From: an uncultured Nitrospiraceae bacterium
GTDB taxonomy: Bacteria > Nitrospirota > Thermodesulfovibrionia > Thermodesulfovibrionales > UBA6898
Direction of reading: 5' to 3'
Length of the DNA stretch: 64,000 nt
Assembly (NCBI GenBank): GCA_963811165.1
Contig: CAWEQH010000010.1
Span: 1,117,676 to 1,181,675, forward strand
Made by a program: the position numbers and the translations under genes. The notes beneath the pieces were generated by a model. It saw only the letters and a list, made by a program, of their open reading frames with translations, did not search any database and was not told the origin of the DNA. Shown here in pieces: positions 8,867-18,465 of this stretch; positions within the stretch are counted from its first letter, which is position 1, and each line of letters begins with the position of its first letter.

Positions 8867-10120
8867 CTAAAAAAGTCTCACGTCCACGACCTCGCCCGCT
8901 TCCACGCCGTTTATATGAAGGGGTATTACGATGGTCCCATCGGCCTTCACCAGCGTGGCAATCAATCCTGATTTACCAAGTACCGGCACCGCCCAAAGTC
9001 CGTCTTCTCTTTCTTCGATCATCACCCGTATATGTTCCTCCCTCCCCTGTGAGGAAGAAACGTTCTTTGAGAGTCTCGCCTTGAGCATGTTCCTGCCGTG
9101 TCCCGGAAACTTCTCTCTAAGCCCCGACAGGCGGGCCAGGACAGGCCGGATAAATACATCGAAGCAGACGCTGACGGCAGCCGGGTGTCCGGGAAGACCG
9201 AACACAGGCACAGCCCCGATAAGCCCGCCTATCATCGGCTTGCCGGGCTTCAGAGAGACGCCGTGAAAGACGATCCCGGGGTCCCCGATTTCCTCGACTA
9301 TCCTGGCTATCATGTCCTTTGTGCCGACCGAAGTCCCTCCGGAAAGGATAATAAGGTCGGAATCATTCAGAGAACTTTCGACCGCCGCCCGCAGCACCCC
9401 GTAATCATCCCTGAAAATTCCCTTACGAAGCGGAACTGCGCCCTCAATGGAAAGCATCGCCGACAGGACATATGAGTTGATGTCCCTGACCTGCCCCGGG
9501 GCGGGCGAGATTTCTGCGGGGACAATCTCATCCCCGGAAGAAATGATAGATGCCCTCAGCCTCTTATATACGTTAAGCTCCGTCAGACCGATACCGGCAC
9601 AGGCGCCGATATCCTGGGGCCTTATCCTCCTGCCCTTCCTAAGTACCGTTTCGCCCTTTTTTACGTCCTCTCCGGGCTGTATCACGTTTTCCCCCGGCAC
9701 CACGGGCCTGAGTACTTCAATCATGGTTTCGTCCACTGTCTGGACATGTTCGAACATTACCACGGCATCTGCACCTTGAGGCAGCATGCCTCCCGTCGGT
9801 ATCTTGCAGGCGATCCCTCTGGATACGACGACCCCGGGACTCTCGCCCATGAAGATCTCTTCAGAGAGTGTCACATAAGCAGGCATCGCCTCTGAGGCGC
9901 CGAAGGTGTCTTCCGCCGTCACTGCATATCCATCGACAGTAGACCGAGCGAAGTGAGGCAGGTCTTCAGCCGACTTTACTTCTTCGGCACATATCATGCC
10001 CAGTGTGTCCTCTATAGGCAACCGCATCACATGCGGCACCCTTGCGGGCAGTCCCTCAAGCAAAAGCCTGAGTGCCGCCTCGGCAGAGACCGCGTTTGCC
10101 CGTCCAAGCATGTCTTTCAT
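8867..10120 (-). CDS. moeA: Molybdopterin molybdotransferase MoeA (gephyrin-like)
   Basis: RSTVDGYAV, IPTGGMLPQGADAVVMFE, SGGTSVG, KPGKP, GLPGHP. Confidence 0.93.
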   Translation of the reverse strand: MKDMLGRANAVSAEAALRLLLEGLPARVPHVMRLPIEDTLGMICAEEVKSAEDLPHFARSTVDGYAVTAEDTFGASEAMPAYVTLSEEIFMGESPGVVVSRGIACKIPTGGMLPQGADAVVMFEHVQTVDETMIEVLRPVVPGENVIQPGEDVKKGETVLRKGRRIRPQDIGACAGIGLTELNVYKRLRASIISSGDEIVPAEISPAPGQVRDINSYVLSAMLSIEGAVPLRKGIFRDDYGVLRAAVESSLNDSDLIILSGGTSVGTKDMIARIVEEIGDPGIVFHGVSLKPGKPMIGGLIGAVPVFGLPGHPAAVSVCFDVFIRPVLARLSGLREKFPGHGRNMLKARLSKNVSSSQGREEHIRVMIEEREDGLWAVPVLGKSGLIATLVKADGTIVIPLHINGVEAGEVVDVRLF

Positions 10121-10159
10121 AACATCTATTATAGAATGACTATCCCAAAATTAGTGTCC

Positions 10160-10188
10160 AAAAAAAAAGCCCCGGATCACTCCGGGGC
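10160..10188 (-). terminator. Rho-independent terminator after OmcB-like copy 1
   Basis: GCCCCGGA-GTGA-TCCGGGGC plus a T-run on the minus strand. Confidence 0.85.
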
Positions 10189-10217
10189 CCGAATGCAAAA
10201 TTATTCTCCCATGCTAG

Positions 10218-12440
10218 CTACTGACCCGGCCCGTAGACAGTCGCAGGCCGTATCCCTAGAGGCCTGACGGCACTCGAAGGAAGTGGCGACCCCAGGTCTG
10301 CAAGGCCATCCTGCAGGAGCTGGATAATGTATTTATAGTCATGAACGGCAGCTGAATTATTCGGCACGTTTGCCTGTGAGGTCGCAGCAGAGGGGAGTCC
10401 CTTCACTGCAAAAGAGAGGTTGAATGCTGCCTTGTACGTAGCAGGTGTCCAGGCAGTAAAGGATGTCGTTGATGCCGCATCGCTAAAGAAGTAGGGATAC
10501 GTCAGGTCATTATAGAAGATCCCCTTGGTCTGGAGCACGGCGATGACCTTTTGCTGAAGCACCCGAATCGAATCCGCTATCGACAAAGTCGCCCCGTTTG
10601 CATCGCCGGTATAGTTGTTCGTGTCGAAGCTTGCCCTGTAACTTGCTACATCCGGGCTCTCAGAACCCGCCTTAGCACCCACCTTTCCGAAACTTCCTCC
10701 GTGACAGGACGAGACATTGCAGGTCGCTACATTCGGTTTCCACGTATGGCCGCCGTTTTGGTTGTCCGTTGTCGGATTGCTCATATGACAGGTCGGGCAG
10801 TTTGCGCCCTGATGGGCCGAATTTGCGCTGTAAAACTGACCCGCATACTCATAGGCATTGACTCCCCAGAGCATTGCTGCAGTGCCGAGATAATGAGGGT
10901 TGAAGAAACTGCCGGTAATCGTCTTGCCGGCGGCAAGTTTCGTAGCATAAAGGGTCAGACCGCTCTCCCTCCCCTGATGACAGAAGATGCAGATCGTGCC
11001 GTTTCCGGTCTGGGCGAGCGGCACGGGAGTTTTGTCGAGGAAGACACTTCCCTGAAACGTAATGGAACTTGTCGAATAATTGGTCATCATCACCGGCTGC
11101 CGGACATTCATGGACTGTCCGGGGTAGTCCTGGTGAGGGTCATGGCAGGTAATACACACCACGGGCTCATCACCGAAAATCACCGGTGCAGTCGGTGTAC
11201 CCTGAATATTCATCTGGAATGCGATAGACCCAATTCCATTATGGCATCTGTAGCAAGGATAATTGTCATTAGTTCCGTTAAACACCGCATTCTGAGATGT
11301 GCTCGCGGTTGCGGCAACCTTGCCCGGCCCGTTAAAAGAGGGGCCGCTGCTAAGAGCCATATCATAAGGCCAGAGACTCTGATGACCTCCCGCAGCATAC
11401 GGAGCCCCGGTACTGGGATTGACATAGGCAGGCGGATTTGCCGAAAACTCGGCAAATGCCGGATCGCTCCGCGTGCCGTGGGCTGAGTTTGTCCACTGCG
11501 TATAGGTGTTGTTTTGATGAGTCGGCTGCTGGCTGTACTTATACTTCCCTTTCGTATGGCATGCGGCGCAGAGAAGCTCCACGTTCAGCTCGTTGTTGTT
11601 TCCGGCAACCTTCGAGGGATCCACCGATCCGTCGGGCTGAACAGCTCCGTTTGGCTGGTAGATCGAAGCGGCAAGCTGCGTCCCCGGGACATTATCGTTT
11701 TGCTCGCCGGTGGGGTTTACGAAAAATTTCCGGAAGATAGGATATGCCGCAGGATCTTTCCTTTGAGCGACCTTGACCTTGGTTTCAGGCTGATGGGCGT
11801 CATGACAGCCGGCACAGGTGATATTTGGCGGGTCCGGCATGTTATTCGGGTCAGGCATAATCAAAGGCCCGCTCCCATCGGCATAGCTGTATTCGAACCG
11901 CTGGTTGGGGTTGTGGCAGCGGGAACACTCCTCGATGTGCTGCGCATGTGTTACCGGAGTAACGCCGTCGGGAAGGAATTCGGGCTTGCTCATTATCTCC
12001 GCTGTTCCACTGTTCAAGGCATCTCCCTGGAAAAAGAACTTGTCGGGTCCTGTAAAGGAACCGAGGTTCGTCCCGTTATAAGGATTCGAGTTCGCATGGA
12101 GCGTGCTGTCAAACCCTCTTTTGTCCGTGTGACAGGCTTCGCACTGGGCCGCCTGGGGATTTGGATAGGGGATATTCCCGACACCCATGTGCATGCTTCC
12201 CGCGCCGTGACAGTCCTCACACTGGACCTTGCCGTCGGTGGTATGAGTAGTATTGGCCCATGCGACAGCTATCTGCGTGCCGGTGATATCCTTGGTGAAC
12301 GCATGACATGTATTTGTGCACGTGGCAGAACCGACCCTGGTCGCGGTAGAAGACTTACCCCCTCCTCCCCCCCCGCAGCCGGCCAGAAGAGACAGGCCGA
12401 ACAACAGCCCTAATCCCAGTAAACGATACGGTTTACGCAT
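10218..12440 (-). CDS. OmcB-like outer-surface multiheme c-type cytochrome lipoprotein (9 CxxCH + CX3CH + CX4CH)
   Basis: Lipobox LLAGC, 740 aa, heme motifs counted from the translation; C-terminal AAFNL...AVH..KY..QLL.D resembles the OmcB family. Confidence 0.85.
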   Translation of the reverse strand: MRKPYRLLGLGLLFGLSLLAGCGGGGGGKSSTATRVGSATCTNTCHAFTKDITGTQIAVAWANTTHTTDGKVQCEDCHGAGSMHMGVGNIPYPNPQAAQCEACHTDKRGFDSTLHANSNPYNGTNLGSFTGPDKFFFQGDALNSGTAEIMSKPEFLPDGVTPVTHAQHIEECSRCHNPNQRFEYSYADGSGPLIMPDPNNMPDPPNITCAGCHDAHQPETKVKVAQRKDPAAYPIFRKFFVNPTGEQNDNVPGTQLAASIYQPNGAVQPDGSVDPSKVAGNNNELNVELLCAACHTKGKYKYSQQPTHQNNTYTQWTNSAHGTRSDPAFAEFSANPPAYVNPSTGAPYAAGGHQSLWPYDMALSSGPSFNGPGKVAATASTSQNAVFNGTNDNYPCYRCHNGIGSIAFQMNIQGTPTAPVIFGDEPVVCITCHDPHQDYPGQSMNVRQPVMMTNYSTSSITFQGSVFLDKTPVPLAQTGNGTICIFCHQGRESGLTLYATKLAAGKTITGSFFNPHYLGTAAMLWGVNAYEYAGQFYSANSAHQGANCPTCHMSNPTTDNQNGGHTWKPNVATCNVSSCHGGSFGKVGAKAGSESPDVASYRASFDTNNYTGDANGATLSIADSIRVLQQKVIAVLQTKGIFYNDLTYPYFFSDAASTTSFTAWTPATYKAAFNLSFAVKGLPSAATSQANVPNNSAAVHDYKYIIQLLQDGLADLGSPLPSSAVRPLGIRPATVYGPGQ

Positions 12441-12619
12441 ATTCCCTCCTCACAAATATTGTTATCTATTCGGGTACCTCTTTCTAAACGACTTCGTAAC
12501 CCATAGCTCCACAGGCATATATTATAAATATTTTGCAAAAAAGAGGGAGAAAAAAATGAAGAGGCGTTTGTCGGACCCTGACAACGTGCATTAAGATAGG
12601 ACCAGGCTAGGCGCGGGAG

Positions 12620-12648
12620 AAAAAAAGGCCCCGGATTATTCCGGGGCC
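12620..12648 (-). terminator. Rho-independent terminator after OmcB-like copy 2 (near-duplicate of 10160-10188)
   Basis: GGCCCCGGA-ATAA-TCCGGGGCC plus a T-run. Confidence 0.85.
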
Positions 12649-12675
12649 CGTTGCGAAATTACACTCCGAGGTCAG

Positions 12676-14974
12676 TTACTGACCCGGGCCGTACACAGTC
12701 GCAGGCCGTGTCCCGAAAGGCCTGACGGCACCGGCAAGAGGAGCGCCTGTCAGATCAGCATATCCATCCTGCAGAAGCTGAATGATGTACTTATAGTCGT
12801 GCACCGCTGCAGAATTATTCGGCACGTTGGCCTGCGAGGTTGCACCGGAAGGAAGCCCCTTCACGGCAAAGGAGATATTGAAGGCCGCCTTGTAAGTTGC
12901 GGGTGTCCAGGCAGTAAAGGCTGTCGTTGACGCCGCATCGCTAAAGAAGTAAGGATACAACAGATCGTTGTAAAAGACCCCCTTCGTCTGGAGCACGGCG
13001 ATGACCTTCTGCTGAAGCACCCGGATCGAATCAGCTATCGACAAGGTCGCTCCGTTTGCGTCGCCAGTATAATTGTTCGTGTCGAAGCTCGCCCTGTATT
13101 TTGCGACATCGGGGCTCGCAGGACAGCCGGCCTTTGGCGCGCACGGCCCAAAACTTCCATGACATGACTGAGACATTGCAGGTCTGCAACATTGGGGCTC
13201 CAGGTATGGCCTCCGTTTTGTGCGTCGCTCGTAGGATTTGCCATATGGCAGGTCGGGCAGTTTGCACCCTGATGGGCCACATTGGCGCTATATGACTTGA
13301 CCCGCGTACTCATACGCATTGACGCCCCAGATCATTGCCGCCAGTGCCGAGATAGTGAGGATTGAAGAAATTGCCGGCGATCGTCTTGCCGGCGGCAAGT
13401 TTCGTGGCATAAAGTGTAAGTCCGCTCTCCCTTCCCTGATGGCAGAAGACGCAGATCGTGCCGTTTCCCGTCTTGTCCAGCGGGACAGGAGTATTGTCGA
13501 GGAAGACATTTCCCTGGATCGTGATGGAAGCTTGTCGAGTAATTGGTCATCATCACCGGCTGCCGGACGTTCAAGGTCTGCCCCGTATAATTCTGATGAG
13601 GGTCATGACAGGTAATACATACCACGGGCTCATCGCCGAAGATCACCGGGGCGGCAGGCGTCCCCTGGATATTCATCTGAAATGCGATAGAGCCGATTCC
13701 ATTATGGCATCTGTAGCAAGGGAAATTGTCATTAGTTCCGCCAAACCCTGCATTCTGTGAGGTGCTTGCAGTTGCTCCAACCTTACCCGGTCCGTTAAAG
13801 GAGGGGCCGCCGCTAAGAGCCATGTCATAGGGCCAGAGACTCTGGTGGCCGCCGCGAGGCGTAGGGGGGCCCGGTATTGGGATTGATGTATACGAGGCGG
13901 GTTGGCCGAAAACTCGGCAAAGGCGGGATCGCTCCGTGTACCGTGGGCTGAGTTTTTCCATTGCGTATAGGTGTCGTTTTGATGTGTCGCGGTCTGGCCA
14001 TATAGATATTTGCCGACCGTATGGCACGAAGCGCAGAGCAGCTCGACATTCAATTCGTTGTTCGTTCCGACGACCTTTGTCAGGTCCACACTTCCATCAA
14101 GCTGGACCGCTCCGTTAGACTGGAATATCGATGCGGCCAGTTGCGAGGAAGTCGCTGTCGCGCTTTCATTCCCGGTTGCCGGGTCGGCAACAAAAATTTG
14201 CTCGCCGGTGGGGTTGACAAAGAACTTACGGAAGATAGGGACCTGCACAGAGGCGCGCTGCGCTATAGCCACCCTCTGCTCCGGCTGATGCCCATCGTGG
14301 CACCCTGCGCAGGTAATATTAGGTGGGTCCTGTATCCCTTGCCAGGTCTGTATATTATTCGGATCGAATATCGTATTTGGATCGGGTTTGAGAAGGCTTC
14401 CGTCCTTGTTGTAAACGAATCGCTGGTTGGGGTTGTGGCAAACCGAGCATTCCTGTATGTGCTGAGCATGCGTTACCGGCGCTCCGGCAGGCGTGAATTC
14501 CGGAACTCCTTGGTTCTCTGCCGGGCCGCTGTTGGATGCATCTCCCTGGAAGAAGAATTTATCAGGGCCGGTAAATGTGGCGCCATTCGAGCCGTTGAAC
14601 GGATTCGCGTTTGCATGGACTGTGTCATTAAATCCGGCTTTATCGGCGTGGCAGACTTCACACTGTGCAGCCTGAGGTCTGGGGAATGGAATAGGACCGA
14701 CGCCCCAGTGCAGGCTGGCAGGACCATGGCAGTCTTCGCACTGAACATTGCCGACTGTCGTATGAGTTGTAGCCGCCCATACCTTGGCGATCTTGTTGCC
14801 CGTGATATCTACCGTGTCCGCGTGACACGTATTCGTGCAGGTTTCCGAACCCACCTTGGTGGCAGACGCAAGCGGGCTCTCCACTCCCTCATGGTGCCCG
14901 CTTCCGCAACCGCTCAACGCAAGTAATGCCATAAGAAATAGTGAGCCGGTAATAATTCGATACGACCTAATCAT
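12676..14974 (-). pseudogene. Second OmcB-like multiheme lipoprotein, paralog of 10218-12440, with multiple frameshifts in ~13170-13900 (pseudogene or sequencing error)
   Basis: AAGGAGG RBS, lipobox LSGC; ORF pieces 13673-15067, 13332-14027, 13035-13319 and 12676-13176 tile the paralog through to the identical ending RPATVYGPGQ. Confidence 0.85.
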
Positions 14975-15033
14975 ATTGCCCTCCTTTTTGGATGTTCGTG
15001 GCATTTTATCTCTACCTCCTTCAGTTTTCGCAA

Positions 15034-15810
15034 TCACTGCGGCACCGTAATATGGCACTTTAAACACGTCCTGTTGTCGCTGGCCCGTCCGAGACGGCCT
15101 CTGATACTGCCCCAGCTCCTAGGATGAGGGTTCACCTTCAACCCCGTGGCGGCGCTATGGCATTTCATGCATACATCGCCTTCGGGATGGCATGTCTGGC
15201 ATGTGGAGAGGTTCCTTCTGGCCTCCCTCGCGTGGTCGGCAGACCATTGATGGGTCGGGACAAGGCTGTTCGGATGGCAGGTCGGACACTGTGACGTATT
15301 AAATACTGTGTGGTTCGGCCCCACCGACTTAAGGTTAATGTCGCTGAACTGTCTCCTATGGGAAGCCATCGCAAGATCGTTGGGGTTAAACCTGCTGTGA
15401 CATTCCAGGCAGAACCTCTTTGCGTCGTGGCAACGGTAGCAGGACGTCGGGTCCTCCTTGGCCTTTATGGGGTGTATTTCCCTGAAATCGGTCCGATGCG
15501 ACTTCGGCATGTAATCGGGGCCCGACTGAGAGGAATGCAGGTCGGCATTGATTCCGCCTCCTTTATGACAATCAAGGCAGAACGAAAGCTGATGGCAGTC
15601 CTGACAGTTATTCGGCTTCTTGTCCGCGTAGATCCTGTGTTCCTTGACCCAAGTCGAAGTGTGGTTCGCTGCAACATTGTTGGATACGTGGCATTCGTTG
15701 CAAAACTTTATCTCCATGTTCGTAGCATAATCGGTATGCCGGGTCAGCGCCCAGACAGCAGGGCTCAAGCAAAGAATTACAATAATTAGCAGTATGCTCT
15801 TTTTTATCAT
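15034..15810 (-). CDS. Periplasmic nonaheme cytochrome c (OmaB/ExtA-like partner of the porin)
   Basis: Signal peptide (AVWA), 9 CxxCH motifs in 258 aa. Confidence 0.88.
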   Translation of the reverse strand: MIKKSILLIIVILCLSPAVWALTRHTDYATNMEIKFCNECHVSNNVAANHTSTWVKEHRIYADKKPNNCQDCHQLSFCLDCHKGGGINADLHSSQSGPDYMPKSHRTDFREIHPIKAKEDPTSCYRCHDAKRFCLECHSRFNPNDLAMASHRRQFSDINLKSVGPNHTVFNTSQCPTCHPNSLVPTHQWSADHAREARRNLSTCQTCHPEGDVCMKCHSAATGLKVNPHPRSWGSIRGRLGRASDNRTCLKCHITVPQ

Positions 15811-15825
15811 GCTCTTCTCCTTCCT

Positions 15826-17088
15826 TTACAGATTCCAGTCCAGGGAAACCCGGCCCAAAATTCTATGCGAAAAATCCGGGTTGTCGTCGTCCTCGAGCCG
15901 CCCCGTGACCGAGAGCTTTTTCGTTGCTATCCAGCGGCCGCCTGCCCAGTAACGCCTTGCATAGTTGTTGCCGGAGATATCGGGCCTATTGTAAGTATCG
16001 TACTGTATGCCCGCAAAGACAATAAGCTCTTTCCTTAGCTTGTAATCACCTGAAAGTTCGAATCCGTATAGCTTTCCGTCCGTATCCGTTATTCCGGTGT
16101 CAGGGAAAAAGGCATACCCGCTATAACCCCTTCTGTAATCGAATGAGACATTGAGGTTCAGTTTCTCATTCGGATAGGCCCTCGCGCCGATCGTGTATAC
16201 ATCGGCATTCGTGTCCTCCTCATACGTCTGGCGTTTGTACGATGCGAAAACGCTTACCGGTATCGCCAAGTTGTACTCTGCGAGTATCAGATATTCCCGG
16301 AACTTGTCGACTGCAAAGACGCTGTAAATAGACGTAGAGTCGAAGGTCGGATAGGAATGATAAAACTCGGCCTTCAATCTCAGGTTGCTCACCGGGAAGA
16401 CATCGACCCCGACCGTGGCCTCATCGAAAACCTTCGAAAGCAGGTCATATCTCACCTCGGCATAGGGGCTGGCGAACTTAAGAAAATATCTGAAATTCAT
16501 GCCCAGTTCTTCCCTCGCAAGGTCCGACTCATCGTACTTCCTGACATAACTGAATCCCAGCTGCGCTGATTTCACGTCCTGCAGGTGGACATCGATACCA
16601 AAAAAATTATTCCCGCCCCTCGAGTACTCTCCATCGAGTGTGAAGACGACATCCCTTCCTCCGGCGAGCGTCACACCCAGCGGTCCGATTTTGCTTACAT
16701 CCAACCGCACCCCGTCCATAACGGAAGTGCCTGCGGTGAAATTCGTGAACTGCCTCCCTATCCTTGTGGAGATATCTGGCAAAAGCGCATAATCAAGATA
16801 GAGATAGTAAAGCCTTGTTTCGAAATCGTCGCTTCTCACTCCGGGACTGCCCAGGTCTTTCCAGAGCCGACCGTAGCCGGTAACAGAGTACGGCTTTCCC
16901 TCAGGGGCAAAAGTGAACCTCAGGTACTGTGCGATGACAACCGAGTTATCACCGAGCAGATCGTCACCCCACAAAAATTGTGTGGAAGACGAGAATTTTA
17001 ACGGGTCAGCATGAACTGCGGTTGAGACGAGAAGAAAAGACAAAAACACAACAGATGCAATAAACACCTTTCGCAAGATACACCGCAT
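15826..17088 (-). CDS. Outer-membrane beta-barrel of a porin-cytochrome complex (OmbB/ExtB-like)
   Basis: Signal peptide (AVHA), alternating aromatic/polar strands, C-terminal VSLDWNL; first gene of the cytochrome operon. Confidence 0.8.
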   Translation of the reverse strand: MRCILRKVFIASVVFLSFLLVSTAVHADPLKFSSSTQFLWGDDLLGDNSVVIAQYLRFTFAPEGKPYSVTGYGRLWKDLGSPGVRSDDFETRLYYLYLDYALLPDISTRIGRQFTNFTAGTSVMDGVRLDVSKIGPLGVTLAGGRDVVFTLDGEYSRGGNNFFGIDVHLQDVKSAQLGFSYVRKYDESDLAREELGMNFRYFLKFASPYAEVRYDLLSKVFDEATVGVDVFPVSNLRLKAEFYHSYPTFDSTSIYSVFAVDKFREYLILAEYNLAIPVSVFASYKRQTYEEDTNADVYTIGARAYPNEKLNLNVSFDYRRGYSGYAFFPDTGITDTDGKLYGFELSGDYKLRKELIVFAGIQYDTYNRPDISGNNYARRYWAGGRWIATKKLSVTGRLEDDDNPDFSHRILGRVSLDWNL

Positions 17089-17324
17089 TTAGCCCTCCTT
17101 TCGAATCCCAATAAACGTTTAGCTGCATATACGCAAGTTACCGGGTCATGTCATTTCCCTTAGAGAGACACTCATAACGCCATCTCCCTCCTTTCGGTAA
17201 AATATTTTTTTCTCATTGGCCGGCGCGGTATTACCGGCAATATATTCCTGTCCAACAAGGATAAAAAATCCACGGCTTTCACACCTCAAACACTGGATAA
17301 AGCGCCACTTCACAGAAAAGACAC

Positions 17325-17440
17325 AAAAAAGGCCGTCTTCCAACCTCACACAAAAGACCGGCTTCGTTACCCCCCACCGAAAAAATATTTACAGACGGTG
17401 AACTTAAAAAAAAAATATCACAGTATCCGGGGCATGTCAA
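17325..17440 (-). promoter_or_regulatory. Sigma70-type promoter followed by a leader terminator hairpin upstream of the porin
   Basis: TTGACA-17-TATTTT with TG extension on the minus strand; GCCGGTCTTT/GAAGACGGC hairpin plus T6 at 17325-17362. Confidence 0.5.
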
Positions 17441-17463
17441 GATGTCATTTTTGTTGTCATTTT

Positions 17464-17492
17464 TTGACAACTTCATATATTTTTGTTATGTT
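17464..17492 (+). promoter_or_regulatory. Sigma70-type promoter for gspC
   Basis: TTGACA-17 nt-TATGTT, ending 8 nt before ATG 17501. Confidence 0.55.
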
Positions 17493-17500
17493 GTAACTCA

Positions 17501-18370
17501 ATGGAACTGTACGGCCTGGATCGCATCACGAAGAACAGAAGTGCTGTTCAGGCAATCAACGCCTTAATCGGCATACTGCTTCTCCTGGCAGTCCTCTTGT
17601 TCGCAAGGGACCTCATTACCCTGACGCTCTCTCCGAAAAGTACGGGGGCAAAGCGGGAAAAGAAGGACTTCACCCCGGTAAGACCTCAGTTCCGGGACTA
17701 CGCCCCGCTGATGAAGAACAATCCCTTCGGTTTTTCCGCCGGCGAGCTTACACCCCTTTCGGCTTCAACAGGGCCTTCGATATCGCAGTCCGACCTCGCC
17801 TTGATAGGCACGATAGCAGGAAGGAGGGACGGGAGCTACGCCATCTTTCTGGATAAAGCCGGAAAGCAGGACCTCTTCAAAACGGGAGCTAATGTGTTTG
17901 GTCTGGGGACACTCAAAAAAGTCGATAAAGACAGCGTCGTCATCATCGCAAACGGCAGAGAGATAAAGATCCCATTTTCGGACATTACTGATATAAAGGA
18001 GGTAAAGTCCGGCGGCCCGTCAGCCTCGTCCTTCGCTAAAAGGACGGGTGAGTCGACTTACCTTCTGGACCAGCAGAGGATCCAGCAGGCCCTCGAAAAA
18101 CCCGACCAGCTCCTGACCGATGCCAGGTTCGTACCGAACATGATCGAGGGCAGGCAACAGGGGTTTGTACTTAGGGAGTTGAAGCCAGGCGGCATTTACG
18201 CCAGCCTCGGCCTCCAAAACGGGGACGTCCTTTTAAGGATCAACGAGTATAGTATTTCCAGTCCCGATACCGCCCTCCAGGCGATCACCGCCCTTAAGGG
18301 AGTCGACAGGGCCCAACTCGATATAATACGAAACGGGGCGAAGACGACGATGACCTACCAGATCAGATGA
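17501..18370 (+). CDS. gspC: Type II secretion protein C with PDZ domain
   Basis: N-terminal TM, LIGTIAG..YAIF HR domain, PDZ (LGLQNGDVLLRINE, IIRNG). Confidence 0.88.
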   Translation: MELYGLDRITKNRSAVQAINALIGILLLLAVLLFARDLITLTLSPKSTGAKREKKDFTPVRPQFRDYAPLMKNNPFGFSAGELTPLSASTGPSISQSDLALIGTIAGRRDGSYAIFLDKAGKQDLFKTGANVFGLGTLKKVDKDSVVIIANGREIKIPFSDITDIKEVKSGGPSASSFAKRTGESTYLLDQQRIQQALEKPDQLLTDARFVPNMIEGRQQGFVLRELKPGGIYASLGLQNGDVLLRINEYSISSPDTALQAITALKGVDRAQLDIIRNGAKTTMTYQIR

Positions 18371-18465
18371 GCCTTGGGCAAATCCACTGCCCAAAAACTG
18401 ATGTATGCAGGGGGATGTTGCCGTGTGTTGACCAAAGACGGCTTTTTTAATAATATACTTAGACA

